A stretch of 64,000 nt of DNA, taken from positions 23,808,001 through 23,872,000 of the forward strand of contig OX597814.1 in the NCBI GenBank assembly GCA_951406725.2, read 5' to 3'. This document shows positions 24,376 through 37,914 of this stretch, in pieces. The notes beneath the pieces are model-generated. The model searched no databases. It had not been told where the DNA came from and saw only the letters and a program-made list of their open reading frames with translations. A program made the translations under genes and the position numbers. Source of the DNA: Octopus vulgaris. Lineage: Eukaryota. Each line of letters opens with the position of its first letter. Positions within the stretch are counted from its first letter, which is position 1.

Positions 24376-25954
24376 TACATTTTTTATGTGGTAATAAGCC
24401 CAGGCAAGGCCAGGAAATATTTCTAGTTGATTTTAAACTTGGGCCTTTGTATGTCTTTACATTTAATATGATATGAAAGCTTCATGCAAATAAAACTTGT
24501 TTATTATTGTTATTAGAATGCACTTCAAATCCATTATATTTTTCTTCAATATCATTTGTAGATTATGTTATGGATATTGATATCATGTAAGTTTAACAAT
24601 AGTGCTTTCTTCTTATAAACCCTGGAAATATAATATATAATATTCACTCATTTTACTTTAGTTTTACAATGAGGAGAGCTTAGCAGGTTTATCATTATTG
24701 CTGTATAACACTGAAAACCATCTTCATTCTTAACAAAACAGAAAAACAAATACTTTAAACTTTGCTCGTTTAGGTTATAAAAGTGCAACATATTATATAG
24801 AATATTTCTCACCTTGTTGAATCCATCTTTGGGAATTTATAGCTAACTCTGATGACTCTAAAACCAACATTATTATTAGTCTGTTGTCTATTAAAGACAG
24901 CATTAGTATTCTGTTTAAATCATGTGATCTTAATATTTAAATCAAAATCTCTTCTGGTGCTATCAAACATGATTATGTTTTTATTTCCAACATTATGAAG
25001 CCAATAACAGAAGGCAGTGAGCTGGAAGAGTTGTTATGGTGCCAAACAAAAAAAAAATGGATTAATGGCATTACTTCTGGCTTTACATTCTGAGTTCAAA
25101 TGCTGCTGAGACTGGTTTTTACCTTTTATTTTTTCAAGGTTGATAAAATAAGCACCAGTCAAGCAAGGGAGTCAAATATAATTGACTATCCTGCTTACCC
25201 CTAATTTCAGGCCTTGTGTGTCTCGTAGAAAGAATTGTGGAAGTAACACAAAAATGTTTTTCCTAGAAAGTCAATTTGTGAGCATCATTTTAAATTTTCA
25301 CAATGTGAGAAACCGTTTTAAACTACAACATCCAATGTTTTGTTATTTCATGAGCCATGCATTGTTTTGACACAATACTTATATAATATCTAATAATTGT
25401 ACACATTTTTGTTCAGATAATAAAAAATGCGTTTCATTGTTACTAATGTCAATTTATTTTTTGATTACTTCATACAGACAATTATGAACAAAGTTCGAGT
25501 GTATTTATAGTCATTGATTGATATGTGAGCATATTTATGAAATATGATGAACATTTAATACATTGTGTATACTTGTATGAAAGTCACAGTGCTAAATAAT
25601 TCACATCCCCAATGGTGTTTATAATATTTTAGTTTCAAGCACGGACCAATACATAAATTACATGTTTTTTATGAATACAATTTGCAGCTTTCATTGTACA
25701 TTTAACTGAAATAATCATAATTATTGCCAATATCAATGTAGCAATGTCCCAGAACCATAAATATCATAGCAATGAGTTTCTTGATCTACATCTAGTACAA
25801 ACAGACCAATTGTTGCTTTTAAAATGCCTCTCTGGATTACTGGTGAATATTTACTACGTTTTGAATCAGCCAATAAAGAACAGCTTTTATTTGTACTGCA
25901 CAAAGGGCAAGTGTCATTATTGTCATCATCATAGTTTAACATTTAATTTCCATG

Positions 25955-26175
25955 GTGCTCCACGAGGCTCCGGCAAGGGGTGGTGGCAACCCCTGTTGTA
26001 CTCTTTCATCCTAACTTTCTCTCACTCTTTCTTCCTGTTCCTTGAGTAATGCTGCAATGGACCAGCGTCCTGTCCAGCTGGGTGGGGGGGGGGGGACACA
26101 TATGCCATAGAAACCGGGAAACCAGGCCCAGAGCCTGGCTAGGCTTGAAAAGGGCACATAAAAAGATAAAAAATA
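25955..26175 (+). mobile_element. 5'-truncated SINE (2840-type body, 60188-type tail)
   Basis: gctccacgaggctccggcaagggg, then ccatagaaaccgggaaaccaggccc. Confidence 0.7.
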
Positions 26176-26399
26176 AATGTAATGGTTCCATGAGTTAATC
26201 GGTTAATGGTTTGCTAGCATAATGAGAATCCATTTCTGTTCACGAATCTCATATACTATTACTAAGGTAGTGAAATGTGAAACTTTTGAGAAATATTATA
26301 TTCATTCGTATCCATGGAAATTTGCAAGCTATCTATTACATTTTGTTCTAAAATTTATGTGAGTAACAAGGTCATTCACACATGATTCACATGCCCAGT

Positions 26400-26630
26400 T
26401 ATATAAATTTCTGTGTGTTTCTCATGCTAAGAGACACTTTGGCAAATTTTGTTTTAGGTATTTTATTTTTAGTGTTTCTTTTCATTTCCATCAGTCCACT
26501 GCTAATTTTTCTGACAAATAAATTCTCTCTTGGCACAACAATTTCCATGCTCTTCAGCATATTCAATGATACACAAACTGAAACCAACCTCATAACTAAT
26601 CTTTTCCTTTTTAATACTTATGGAGCAATT
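26400..26630 (-). mobile_element. pogo-like transposase N-terminal (Brinker-type HTH) remnant
   Basis: Frameshifted translation resembling KR..YEVGF.LC.IEYAEEHGN..AKREF...EK..VD. Confidence 0.5.
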
Positions 26631-28476
26631 TATAGTTCCTTTTTACAAAAAGAAGCTCAATGTATTCTTCTACACTTCTGCAAACAAATATGTGCATATA
26701 TAATCAAAAAGCTTAGATAGATATAAAAACAGTTTAGACAGATGCAGCAAAGTATAAACAGAGTTTAAGATGTATCATTTTCACTCACTTTGTTTTGTAG
26801 CAAAACCAAATTCTGATTTGGCACATATAAAAATAAGAAGGAAATTTGCTGAGAAAGTGTAAACCCAGGTTCAACCCAGGATGTTCAAAGTGTTTACATT
26901 GCTCCCAAAACATTTTAGGGAATGCTCTTGTATCCTCTCACCCATGTGCCTTTCCTGTTCCCAAGCCTTTGAATACCATCAATTTTTGGTTGTTTACAAC
27001 ACTGGTGTTCATATATAACAGGTAGTGACATGATGAACAAGCTCTAAATACTCTATCATTTCTTGGAATGTGTGTGCATGTGTGTGTGCATATGTGTTTG
27101 TGTGTGTGTGTGTATGTGTGCGTGTGTGTGTTGGCATATGTTGAGTATTTCAGTGCAAAGTTCAGTAGGTAAGCCACAGGTGGATATTTTTCAACCTGTT
27201 AGTAAAAAATTGAAACTTATCTATAAGTATAAATGACATTATAACTATCATAGTAAAATGTAACATTATTATAATGGTTTAAAATCTTCTTTACATACCA
27301 CTTTGAATAACCGACGTAACTAACTTCCAGTTAGGCCACCCAGAATATGGTTATGAATGAGGATTAGTAGCAGTTCTAGCATAAAAGGCATATTCCTCAC
27401 TCTTCAGTTTAAAAAGCTGATAAAAATATATACATTATGCACAAAAAAATATGATTGTTGATTTTAAATTTGGTAATATTCTTCTAACTACTATTTGACA
27501 GAATAAAAATTATTTTGTGATTTACAACACAAGACAATTTCTTTTACCATGTCACCAATTGTAAACTCAAAAATAAAATAGTATAAGGGATAACACTCTT
27601 CTGATCTTAATTTTTCAGTATTGCCAAGTGAGACTAAGCAAATATGCAATGCAATAGACTTTTATACATAATAGTAGGATGGCATGTTGAATGGTAATAG
27701 ACATACAACAGCCAAAGAACGTCCGGCAAAGCATAAAGTAGCCAATACACTACACATCCTCATCATCATTATCATCATCATCAACAGCAGCAACATTTAA
27801 CGTCTATTTTCCATGCTTGGCATGGGTTGGACAGCCTGACAGAAACTAACAAGGCCAGGGGCCACCATAAGTTCTATAATCTGTTTTGGCTTGGTTTCTA
27901 TGGCTGAATGCCCTTCCTAATGCTAACCTCTCCACAGAGTGTGCAGGCTGCTTTATATTTGGCACCATCACCAGTGCTTTTTATGTAACACCATCAGTGT
28001 TTTTTATGACATCAGCACCCACACCAATGCTTTTTACATAGCTCTTTAGTTTTAGGATGTGTTTGTCTTCATATAGATACTACCTATGTTTGTTTTTACA
28101 TAGCTGCTACAAATACAAAATAATTTCTAATAGAGATACAAGACCGGAAATTTTGGGAGGGGAGCAATCAAATATTTCAACCCCAATATTTGACTGGCAC
28201 TTTATCAACCCCAGGAGGAATGACAAAATCGACTCCAGAAGAATTTGAACTCAGAATTTAAAGAATCAAATGAAATACTGCAAGGCATTTTGTCCAGTGA
28301 TTTTTGTCTAATACTTCTGCTAAGCTTACATTTGTATGATGAAGAAAATTGTGAGTTGTGATCTTCATTTTCTCTCGTGACTTTCATAGCAAGAATTAAA
28401 CGATCCCATATGTCAATCAAAACTACATGCTGATTCTTTACCGAAGAACTTGGAGTCTTACATGACATCTCTCACC

Positions 28477-28519
<43 letters not shown>

Positions 28520-31242
28520 TCGAAGGTAATGTATAATTATAAATTCCATTAAGAATGCTATTTTGCTACTCATTAAACGTGTATCTAATATAACTGTAAA
28601 ACTGTAAAATTTAATCCTATTATTCAGGAAAGAAAAAAGTTTAATGATTGAAATAGAAATCATGTGAACAATTTCAAATTAAAATTAGTAATTGATAAAT
28701 AGAGAAAATATTCAAATCATAAATAAATAAATAGAAAAGAATTCTACAATCTATGATTAAATTAAGAAAACATAATCTGAAAATATTCCATATTATAAAC
28801 CCTGCTAATTATAACATACATTGTCATATGATCCATAAGCAAGAGCATATAGTTGTATATGTCATATGATCTGTATGTGAGAGCAAAGAGTCTTACATCT
28901 GTATAGCTGAGAAAAATGAGTTTAATGCCAGTTGTATTCTTGTGTGTTTCAAAGCAGTTGATAGCAAGGGAGCTGATTGTCATGAAAGTGACTGTAGCAT
29001 TAGAGCATCCTTCTCAATTTTTTTTCTGCTAAAGGTACAAGGTCTGAATTTTAGGAGAGGGTACTAATCAATTACATCAACCTCAGTGCTTGACTGGTAC
29101 TTATTTCATTGCTTCCAAAATGATGATAGGCAAAGTTGGCCTCTTCGGAATTTGAACACGGAATGTAAGGATAGACAACGTGTCACTAAGCATTTTGTCT
29201 GGCATGCTAGCAGCTCTGTCAGCTCACCCCCTTATCATCCTTCTTAAATTGAAAACAGTGAAGCTTATTCTTATTATGGTAAATGTAGTCCTTCCTCCAC
29301 ATAATGTTAGCCTTTTGGAATTACCTTTCTGTACATATCTTTTCTGAAGCTGCCATCTTGAAATTGTTCAAGAGGAATTTTACAGCATCACTCTCATCGT
29401 TTTCCTTTGAAAAGATCATAAGTATTGCTCCTTCCACTTAATTGAGTCATTAAAAAAACAAAAACAAAAAAACCCAAACACTTAATTGTATCATTAAGTA
29501 CAGAAATGAAACTAATTATTTTATGATATCATTAAGCCTTTAAGTCTCTAATGGCATCACTATAGATCAGAAATGAAGATATATTTAAGAATAGGTTTAG
29601 AAATTCGAGATAAAGACAAATTTAAAAATGAATGCAAAATCTGGAACAATTTTTGCTTAATAATTCATTCACATACCTTTCACAAATTCTTTACATGATA
29701 ACCTGATGTAAATGAATTTATTTCACTATCTTTAATATGTATGGCTTACTTTTAAATTTACTGGTTACTTAAGATGAATTTTTGATTTTAGAAAAAAACA
29801 TTGCACTTAAAATCACATTTGGAACATTTATAGTTACTAAAAACTTTTAGAGTTAGTTATTAATACTAAGAAGTTGTTAGCTTTTAATGGACTTTTCTCT
29901 TTAATGTAACCTGGAAAAATATATATTTTGATATGTATCTTTGTAGAGTATGAAATTAACATTATTGTTATGCTTCAGAAATAGGTAGAAATTATGGCTA
30001 TACAATTCTACTGTATGCTCATCTTAGCTATTTTAAATCCTGGAAAGACTTAGTAAAAAGGAAACTACCAACTGGTATCTAAAGTACGTAATTAAGAGTG
30101 ATCGTGAGGAGGGAAAAAATTATAAATAAAGCACTATTTAACTGAATAATTTGTGCTTAGATAGGAAAACAACAAAATGCAACATTTAAAATATGCACTA
30201 TTAGTATAAATATTGATGAATATTTTCTACTTTATATTGTTAAGCACAAAACATAACTGGCATTGATGTTTTGTCAGTCTTTAGTGAAGTCATGGCTTGG
30301 CAAAGATAGCAATCAATGGATAATGGACACAAATTTTATCAAACAAAATTCATATCTGCAACTAAAGTTTCATTATTCAGCTATTTACTTCTTTATTGTG
30401 ATTAATCTCTAAAAGCAACAACACCAGTCACAGAAACATCAACAAAAAAAGAAAAAAAACCTATGATTATAAAGTGTTTTATTGATTATGTAATCACAAT
30501 GGCAGACACATTACCTTCTAAAATTATCTTCTACCTTCAAAGACTGAATTAATTGCTAGCCCAAAGTAATGTTTTTGTCACTTCCTATTGATTTGGGTTA
30601 TGATCTAAATTTTATTAAAATAATAGATGGATGAAAAGTAACAAATTGAGTCATTTGAGCATATATACGAAAACTAATACTAAAAGTGTTCCTATTAGTT
30701 TCCATACATCTAAATCAAAATCACTATCAAATCTAGAAAACATTTCTGAATATCAAATTACATGTGTAAATTTGGAAGATGACTTATTGAGATAACATTT
30801 AAAAATTTTCAGAAAGTTAACTCATACTGTTAATTTGTTTGTGCATCCATTTTTCTGTGCTAACCTGGATTGGACAGGAATTGATTTTGATGGCAGAGTT
30901 TTATGGTTGGACCTCTTCCCGTCATGAACCCTCATCAGTCTTCAAGGTAAGGAATTTCTATTCACTACAGGTTTTCAAAAGCACAGAGCAATTGGTCATA
31001 ATACCAAGTTTAGCACCAGTTTACTGAAACAATGACAAGTAAAATATCAACAGTTCATGTTTGCATGTATATACACACACACATACCATATACCAACTAA
31101 ACTATGTTTTCAATCACATATTTGCATCACAAAAATTTAACATTATCATTTTTCTTTTAGTCACCTATTGTAAACGACATTTTATATCACCACCATAATG
31201 ACAATGACGTCACATTTTTTATATGAGTGTGGTCACACATTC

Positions 31243-31468
31243 ATTACCTACGTTAGGCTGATGACTGATAAGTACATGTGTATGATGGTGTATGTGTCTG
31301 CCAATATACATACGTTTTTGTGATCACTGACATACACACATACACATACATCTAAAAACGTCCGTTACCTACGCTAGGCCGATGACTGACAAGTATGTGT
31401 GTGACAGTGTATGTGTCTGTCAGTATACATACATTTTTGTGACGACTCACACACACACATCTAAAGAC
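31243..31468 (+). repeat. Two-copy ~115-bp tandem duplication
   Basis: ttacctacg.tagg..gatgactga.aagta...tgtatgtgtctg...catctaaa occurs twice. Confidence 0.85.
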
Positions 31469-31554
31469 AGACAGAGACACACAGGGACAGAAATAGGCTT
31501 CAAGTGTGTGTTAATGTATGTGTGTCTCTTAGTTTATGTATGTAACTTCCCCCA

Positions 31555-31775
31555 CCATCCAACAGTAAAACATGCTGATATTGAAAGTTTACTTGCGGCC
31601 TGGATTTCAGACAAACAACAACGTTCACTTTCAAGTACTACCAACATGAAGATTTGGGCTGATTTAACACCACTCACAATACTCGCAAATATATCTGAAA
31701 AAGGATATTATTCTTGTTATAACAAATTTGGAAACTTGGCGAAGTTGAAAGCCTCAGTGGCTCTTTCAATATAAT
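31555..31775 (+). mobile_element. CENP-B/Tigger-type HTH remnant
   Basis: KHADIESLLAAWISDKQQR ... KLKAS resembles the Tc5/CENP-B HTH. Confidence 0.4.
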
Positions 31776-32319
31776 TACAGAAATGTTATTCCACTCCTAA
31801 CCAGTTTCAAGATACTGTTTTTTCACAGTCCATGTATTCTTCATCATTGTGGGTGGGTATCAACGTTGCACAACTGCGTTATTCAGTATTTATTCTACAG
31901 CCTATGATGTTACACAGTTCAAAAACAGCATCTTCCTTTTTATACACTTGGTTCAGCATTCGTTTCAAAATTGTAAAATGAATTATTTTTGTATGAAAAA
32001 TTGAATTATGCTTCCTGAATTTTCTTGGACTTTCACTTTCTTCACCGTGGCATTCATTCAATTGTGAATTTTATAACATGTAGTACATGTTCCGAATAAA
32101 TGTTGACTTTCTGTACTTTCCTACATTGGTGACTTTCAATTTTTATAGCATAACTATACTAGAGAAAGTATGTTTTGCACCTATATTGACTATGTTTCGA
32201 TTCGCTTGAACTTCGTGTGTGTACGTTTTGCTGTTTTCAGTATTATCAATTCTATGAGTGTGTGTGTGTGTTTCTGCGTACATTACGTTTATAGTAAACT
32301 ATATTAAAGAACATTTTAC

Positions 32320-32600
32320 GCTATTTTAATGAGCCTACATCTAATGCAGTAACATCCTTGTGGTTGATGATCCCATTGAAAATCATGATATTCTCATTCG
32401 TGTTCAAAATTAAAAAAACTTAAACATGTTTCACAGACTTGTCCGTCTTATGATGCTCTCCAGTATAATCTTATTCTGTGGAATGGACAAGATGGGTATT
32501 ATTTCAATATTCCTTGGATTGAACCTGCAACAGGATAGCCTATTACAAACAAAAGGGTGCAGTCAAATGACTTCTATTCTTACCAATTTATGTTAAGACT
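32320..32600 (+). mobile_element. Helitron RepHel coding remnant
   Basis: FNEPTSN...HDILIR...SYDALQYNLILWNGQDGYYFNIP...FYSYQFMLR matches the conserved SYDALQYP..GEDGY region upstream of the Helitron Rep domain. Confidence 0.75.
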
Positions 32601-32610
32601 AGAACAATCA

Positions 32611-32830
32611 AATCCTTTCTATTATAGGCACAAGGCCTGAAATTTCAGGGGAGGAGACCAGTCGATTACATCAACCCCAGTGTCTCACTGGTCCTTCATT
32701 TATCAATCCCAAAAGAATGAAAGGCAAAGTTGACCCCGGCAGCATTTGAACTCAGAACGTAAAGACAGGCGAAATACCACTCAAGCATTTTGCCCAGCAT
32801 GCTAACAATTTTGCCAGCTCACCACCTTCC
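32611..32830 (-). mobile_element. tRNA-headed SINE inserted in the Helitron remnant, 10-bp TSD
   Basis: Body gatgaaaggcaaagttgacc..gg..atttgaactcagaa. TSD agaacaatca at 32601 and 32831. Family copies near 21.7, 25.0, 28.1, 29.0, 40.5 and 55.5 kb. Confidence 0.85.
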
Positions 32831-32915
32831 AGAACAATCAGATCAATTACAGTTGTCATAAACTTTATTTTCATTTACATATTTTTTACGTTATCTCAAT
32901 AACCAGCTATAGTTA

Positions 32916-33337
32916 TGTAGTGATGCTACTGTGTAAGGTTCAGCGCGCATGCGCAGAATAGGACTACTTCCGGGTGGCCACCGGAAGTCTTCTCCATGCG
33001 CATGTGCGGGAAACTGACCCCTAAGGCACAGTCCACTCATTCACTCTCTCTGGCGCTTTCAGCCCTCGTGAACAGACGTGCATTTGGTAGTCTCTGAGAA
33101 CTCTACACCGGCTTAGCAACGGACCACATCGAATCACTGCAATCAACCAACAAGAAGCAGTATTAAGATTCGGCTGTCGTTTCCCCTCAGAAAACACGCA
33201 CACCATCACGAGTAATAAACAACAATTTGCTGTCTTTCCCAGATAACCTGACTTCGTCTATTTTATCTAACTAAGTTGAATGTGACGGGATCGGATCGGA
33301 CACCCCTTCAGTGATACCGATTCCAGATCCTGTTACA
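32916..33337 (+). mobile_element. Solo LTR (422 bp)
   Basis: TGTA...TACA termini. 4-bp TSD gtta at 32912-32915 and 33338-33341. AATAAA near 33214. CpG-rich relative to flanks. Confidence 0.75.
32945..33007. promoter_or_regulatory. Symmetric NRF1-ETS-ETS-NRF1 motif cluster in the LTR
   Basis: GCGCATGCGC at 32945, ACTTCCGG at 32966, CCGGAAGT at 32981, TGCGCATGTGC at 32997. Confidence 0.6.
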
Positions 33338-33878
33338 GTTATTTCAAATACACTTCTCTACAACGACCAGGTTTCATTACGAAATGGAAGTAGTTTCACA
33401 CATTCAATTTGAACCAAAATTACAAACTGTCGCATTACGAGAGTGACGATGTGTGAATAAAGAAAGTAATGTTTTCCGAATTAGTCACATGTGTATTGTA
33501 ATAAAGCTGCTTATTATCTATCTACCAAATAAACTATGTATTTGACTCAACAACTCTTTTTTTTTACAACTAAAATAACCTCGGCAACTAGGTTGGGTCA
33601 CACAATTTTCAGATCATTCTCGGACACTATTTTGATTTGCTTCTAGTGCATCACTTTCCTCCTATATTTCACACATGCATAGAATTCTACTCAGACAAAC
33701 ATTTATGAAAATGTACACATAAATATTGTATTAAAATAAGCCACAACCCAAAATATTGCATTAAAAGTCATCCATTGTTCTATATGTTATGAGGAAATAT
33801 AGCTTCACTCTCTCTTTCCCCCCTCTCTCTTTCTCTCTCTCTCTCTCATGCACAAAAAAGATGTATGCATATGTATTT

Positions 33879-33969
33879 ATGGGCGAAGGTCAAGAATATG
33901 CACTCCTGGTGTTTAGGGTTAGTGTTATGGCGAAAACGGATGGTGTGCGTATTCTTTACCTCCACCTAT
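33879..33969. mobile_element. ~90-bp MITE with a TTAGGG-like core
   Basis: TIRs gggcgaaggtcaagaatatgcac / gtgcgtattctttacctccacct; core tttagggttagtgttatgg. Confidence 0.6.
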
Positions 33970-34088
33970 TCATGTACATGTATATAAAAGATAATGTGTA
34001 TGCGTGAGAGAGAGATAGAGAAAGAGTGAGTGCCACATACACATACATGCAAAAAATTTCCTACATCACAACACACACTTCACTCACT

Positions 34089-34126
<38 letters not shown>

Positions 34127-35444
34127 GACACATGTCCATTTCATATACATGTACATCTTATACTTTCTCCTCTCTTTTACTTTCTCCTCTCACTTCAAAT
34201 TAAATGTCACCTTTTCAGTTTATCCTCTCTTTCAATTTCTGCTGTCTTCAAGGCATACAGAAATTAAAACAATTTTACAGAAATTAACAAACAATCATAT
34301 GATCCCATATATGTCGAGTTGACAACTTTGCTTCTTCAAATGAAAGAATGCCATGAAATATGCAAATTAAGTTAATTCTTGCAGTGTGCACGTGCAAATT
34401 TTAAGCTGCAAATTTACAGCTCAAACTCAATTGAAATGATCTTTTCTATTGTGTAATGTGTGTTTGTGATGAATGTATTTAAAAACCTGATCTTCGATTT
34501 AAACTTAAAGGGAAGTTTTCCCAGAAACCCTGTCCCTTACCTCTTCTTTCTAGCATGTCCAAGGTGACATTTCCATCTCCCCAACTCCTTATTTTTTTCT
34601 CTGATTCCTATGTTTGCAATACAGGAGATTAAGATTTCTCCCACAAAATATGTTCTCAATATTTTTTTACCCACAAAATATTATTTCATCCACAAAACAC
34701 GTTCTCAAATTAATTTTTTTTACTTTTTCAAAATTCTTTTCTTTGTAATCCATGGAGGAAAAACAGAGTGTACGAATCTTTAAGAATTTTACCCATCACC
34801 TCACCACTTTCAAACAGCTACACACTCCCAATGTTTCACTTTTAGCTTTTTGGAAAGCAGGGAAGTGTCTTCAGAAATAATATCATTTACCGTTCTTTCT
34901 AGCATGTTGGGTTTTCTAGTGGTGGTCTTGTATTTTTTAAGTCTAATATTTCAGTAGAATTCTATGCATGCTGGAAACCTCAGACAAAAATGAAAGATTG
35001 GTAGATTTTAGCCTTTTGAAAGCTGGTAGGTGATGGGTAGGCGAGAAGGGGGGGAGGGTCATTGAGTGTTTCTTTAAGAAAAATTAAACTATAATATATA
35101 TATATATAAAATCTTTATATTTTTCTATGTAGATAACAAAATTTTAAAAAATATTTTGAAAAAGTTACAAATTAAGAAATTGCAATGGGATAAATTAAAA
35201 ATGTTGAAAATGTGATTTTTGGACAAAATCTTGTTAACTCCCTTTTATACGATGAAACAATACATAGTTCCTGATCCTTCTTAAGAACAGAAAGCACTTT
35301 CATGCAAACCCATGCAAAATATACCTTTGCCCTTCACTATTAAGCAAAAAATAACTTCCATTATTCCATTAACTATATATCAGCTGTGCCGATTGTGACC
35401 ATAAGAAAGGAGCAAATAATAAAATGAGGCTTGTAGTTTATAAC

Positions 35445-35474
35445 ACCTGGGCAACGCCAGGATGCATTACTAGT
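35445..35474 (+). mobile_element. Helitron 3' terminus
   Basis: Hairpin cctgg-gcaacg-ccagg, followed about 9 nt later by CTAG|T. A similar end lies at ~24397-24427. Confidence 0.7.
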
Positions 35475-35779
35475 ATATCTATAAAAGTGCGTTTGTATGT
35501 GTGTGTGTGTGTGTGTGCGTATGTTCCTTATGCATTCCAAAACAGAGTTGTCAATTTTGAAATATGAGGTGTCAAAAGATTCAGTACTATTTCTGCTACC
35601 AACTACACTTTATTTTCAGTGACTTATTTGCATTACAAAAACTTAAAATTATAATCTTTTCCGTAAGTCAACTATCATAAATATTTTATATGACAACGAA
35701 GGTTACAGCACATTTTCTATATGAGTGTATACATTAAAAGACATCCACCATTATGAACCACTCACTCACTCACTCTCTC

Positions 35780-35953
35780 TGTTTTGAATTAATCATGTAT
35801 TATCTCATAACTTAGAGATTTTGATGATGTGATTGTTTATTTTTGGGATAACATTGTAGAGAAAATATGAGAGATTGGATCTGACCTGTTTGGATATAAA
35901 ACAAGTGAAATATTTAAGGCCTGATAGGGTTGAATTAAATGCTAAAAGGTTAA
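35780..35953. mobile_element. Partial piggyBac-type MITE
   Basis: Ends aatgctaaaaggTTAA (TTAA target with a CC(C)TTT-type terminus). The other end was not seen. Confidence 0.45.
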
Positions 35954-37914
35954 GATGGTAGGGAGCAATTTGAGAGAGATTTAGTCTCTATTCTGAGCAG
36001 ACTGTGGTCTTTTACTTGTGCAACTCATTATAGCAAAGAAGTGGACATATGTAACTCTAGAAGACAACTGAGCATTCTTAATTGGCAGCCTGTATTGAGC
36101 TGCTTTTATGAATGGAGCAAGAATCCAACCAAATGATAAGGGACATGACGAATTTAAAACTAAGGTACAGGTTTAGAAGAAGTGAGATAATGGGGTAAGC
36201 AAGGAATCTTATTAAGAAACTAGATGACAAAAATGACATCAAGAGTATCTAGAGGTGGTGGGGGAGGAACTCAGCGTGAGGTGTTTACATCACAAGGATG
36301 AAAAGTACAATGTGTTTTGAATAACAGAAATAACAATATCTGTACAAATTTTGATGTCATAATGGTAATGAGAGGAGAAGTCTGTTTGAAATATTAATGC
36401 TAATGTTTTCAGACATACTGAAAAGAAAATAGTATGGAAATGCTGCAAAGAAAGATTATTAGTTGAATAGAGAGTTTTAAAAATTACTTTTATTTTTGGA
36501 TGGAGCATTATTTTCTTCTTTTCTTATGAAAGCTATCAAATATAGTAGTTCATGACAAGATCTGAACTTAGCAAATACTGCAAACTATCTGATCTGATGT
36601 TCTTTTAGTTTGTCAATCCATAGGCTGGATTGATGATTTATTTTTTTATTAACCCCAAAAAGATAGCAAGAAAATTTGAGTTCAATAATAAATAAAGGAC
36701 CAAGGATATCTGACTGGTGAAATATTCAGTTTAAAAGTCAATTAGCTGTTATTCACTTATGTAAAAGCAATAAGAACTGAGGTAAACAAAGATGTAGATA
36801 AGATGTACTAGTTTTGACATTGTAAGCTAGTAATAAACAGTGATATGTGCAGCCATGTAAAACTCATCTAAATCATAACTATTTAAAAAAAAATAATAAA
36901 AATCTTATCATATACTTCCATATATACTCAATATATAGCATTCTAAATCAAAATATAAAGAATATTGCTATTTGATTCAAATAAAAACTAAAAATCACCT
37001 CTGAGATTTAGATAAGTACAATTTAGCAAAATTTGAAATGTGTAAATTAATGAAATCAGAAAGGTTCCTATTCAACGTTTGCTTTCAATTAAATTATATA
37101 ATCTCATACATTTAATTTGATTAAATCTATGAGATAAAAAAAAGAAGATAAAAAAAGGAAATGAAATTCAAATGAATGCCTTCTTTGAGAAAAATAAAAT
37201 AAAATAAAGTTTCAATTTGAGATTTATGGATTTACATCATTTCCAGTAAATGAGAAATACTTGAAACTGAAGTTAAAATGACTGAAAACCTAACTTCTAC
37301 CTAATGAAATGGCAGAATTCTGAAATTATAACCATAACTCATTTCATTTATTGAAATGATGCAATGAGTTTCATAATAAAATCTTTCTCATATATTTTCA
37401 TAAAAATTTCACTAAGCAGCTGAGGTTGTTTGTTATCAAATTTTAATTTATAAAGAAGAGCCAATAACTGGTAGGTTCAGTCTATTCATATCTAAAGAAT
37501 TCTATAACTTTCTAATCAAATCACTCAAAGCCATATTATTGTAACAGTATAACAGTTCTATAGATATAAATATATATATGGAATCTTTAAAACTCCTTCT
37601 GAACTTAGCTTATTTATCGATCTAAATTTTTTTGCTAAATATTCAGCATTTGTTTGTGCACAGCCTATGTCTCATTTAATATCTCTCTCTCCCTCTCACT
37701 CATATAGTCATACTTCATCGCGTCAGTAGTTTCTATCTCTTCATTTAGGAATCTGCCTGTCTGTCTCTCTTTCTCTTTCTCTCTCCCTCTCATATATGTA
37801 TATATATGTGTGTCTGTGTGTGCATATATATATATATATGTACATAAATATATACATATATATATACATATACATACACATGCATCTATATTACTTTTAC
37901 TTTTATATATATAT

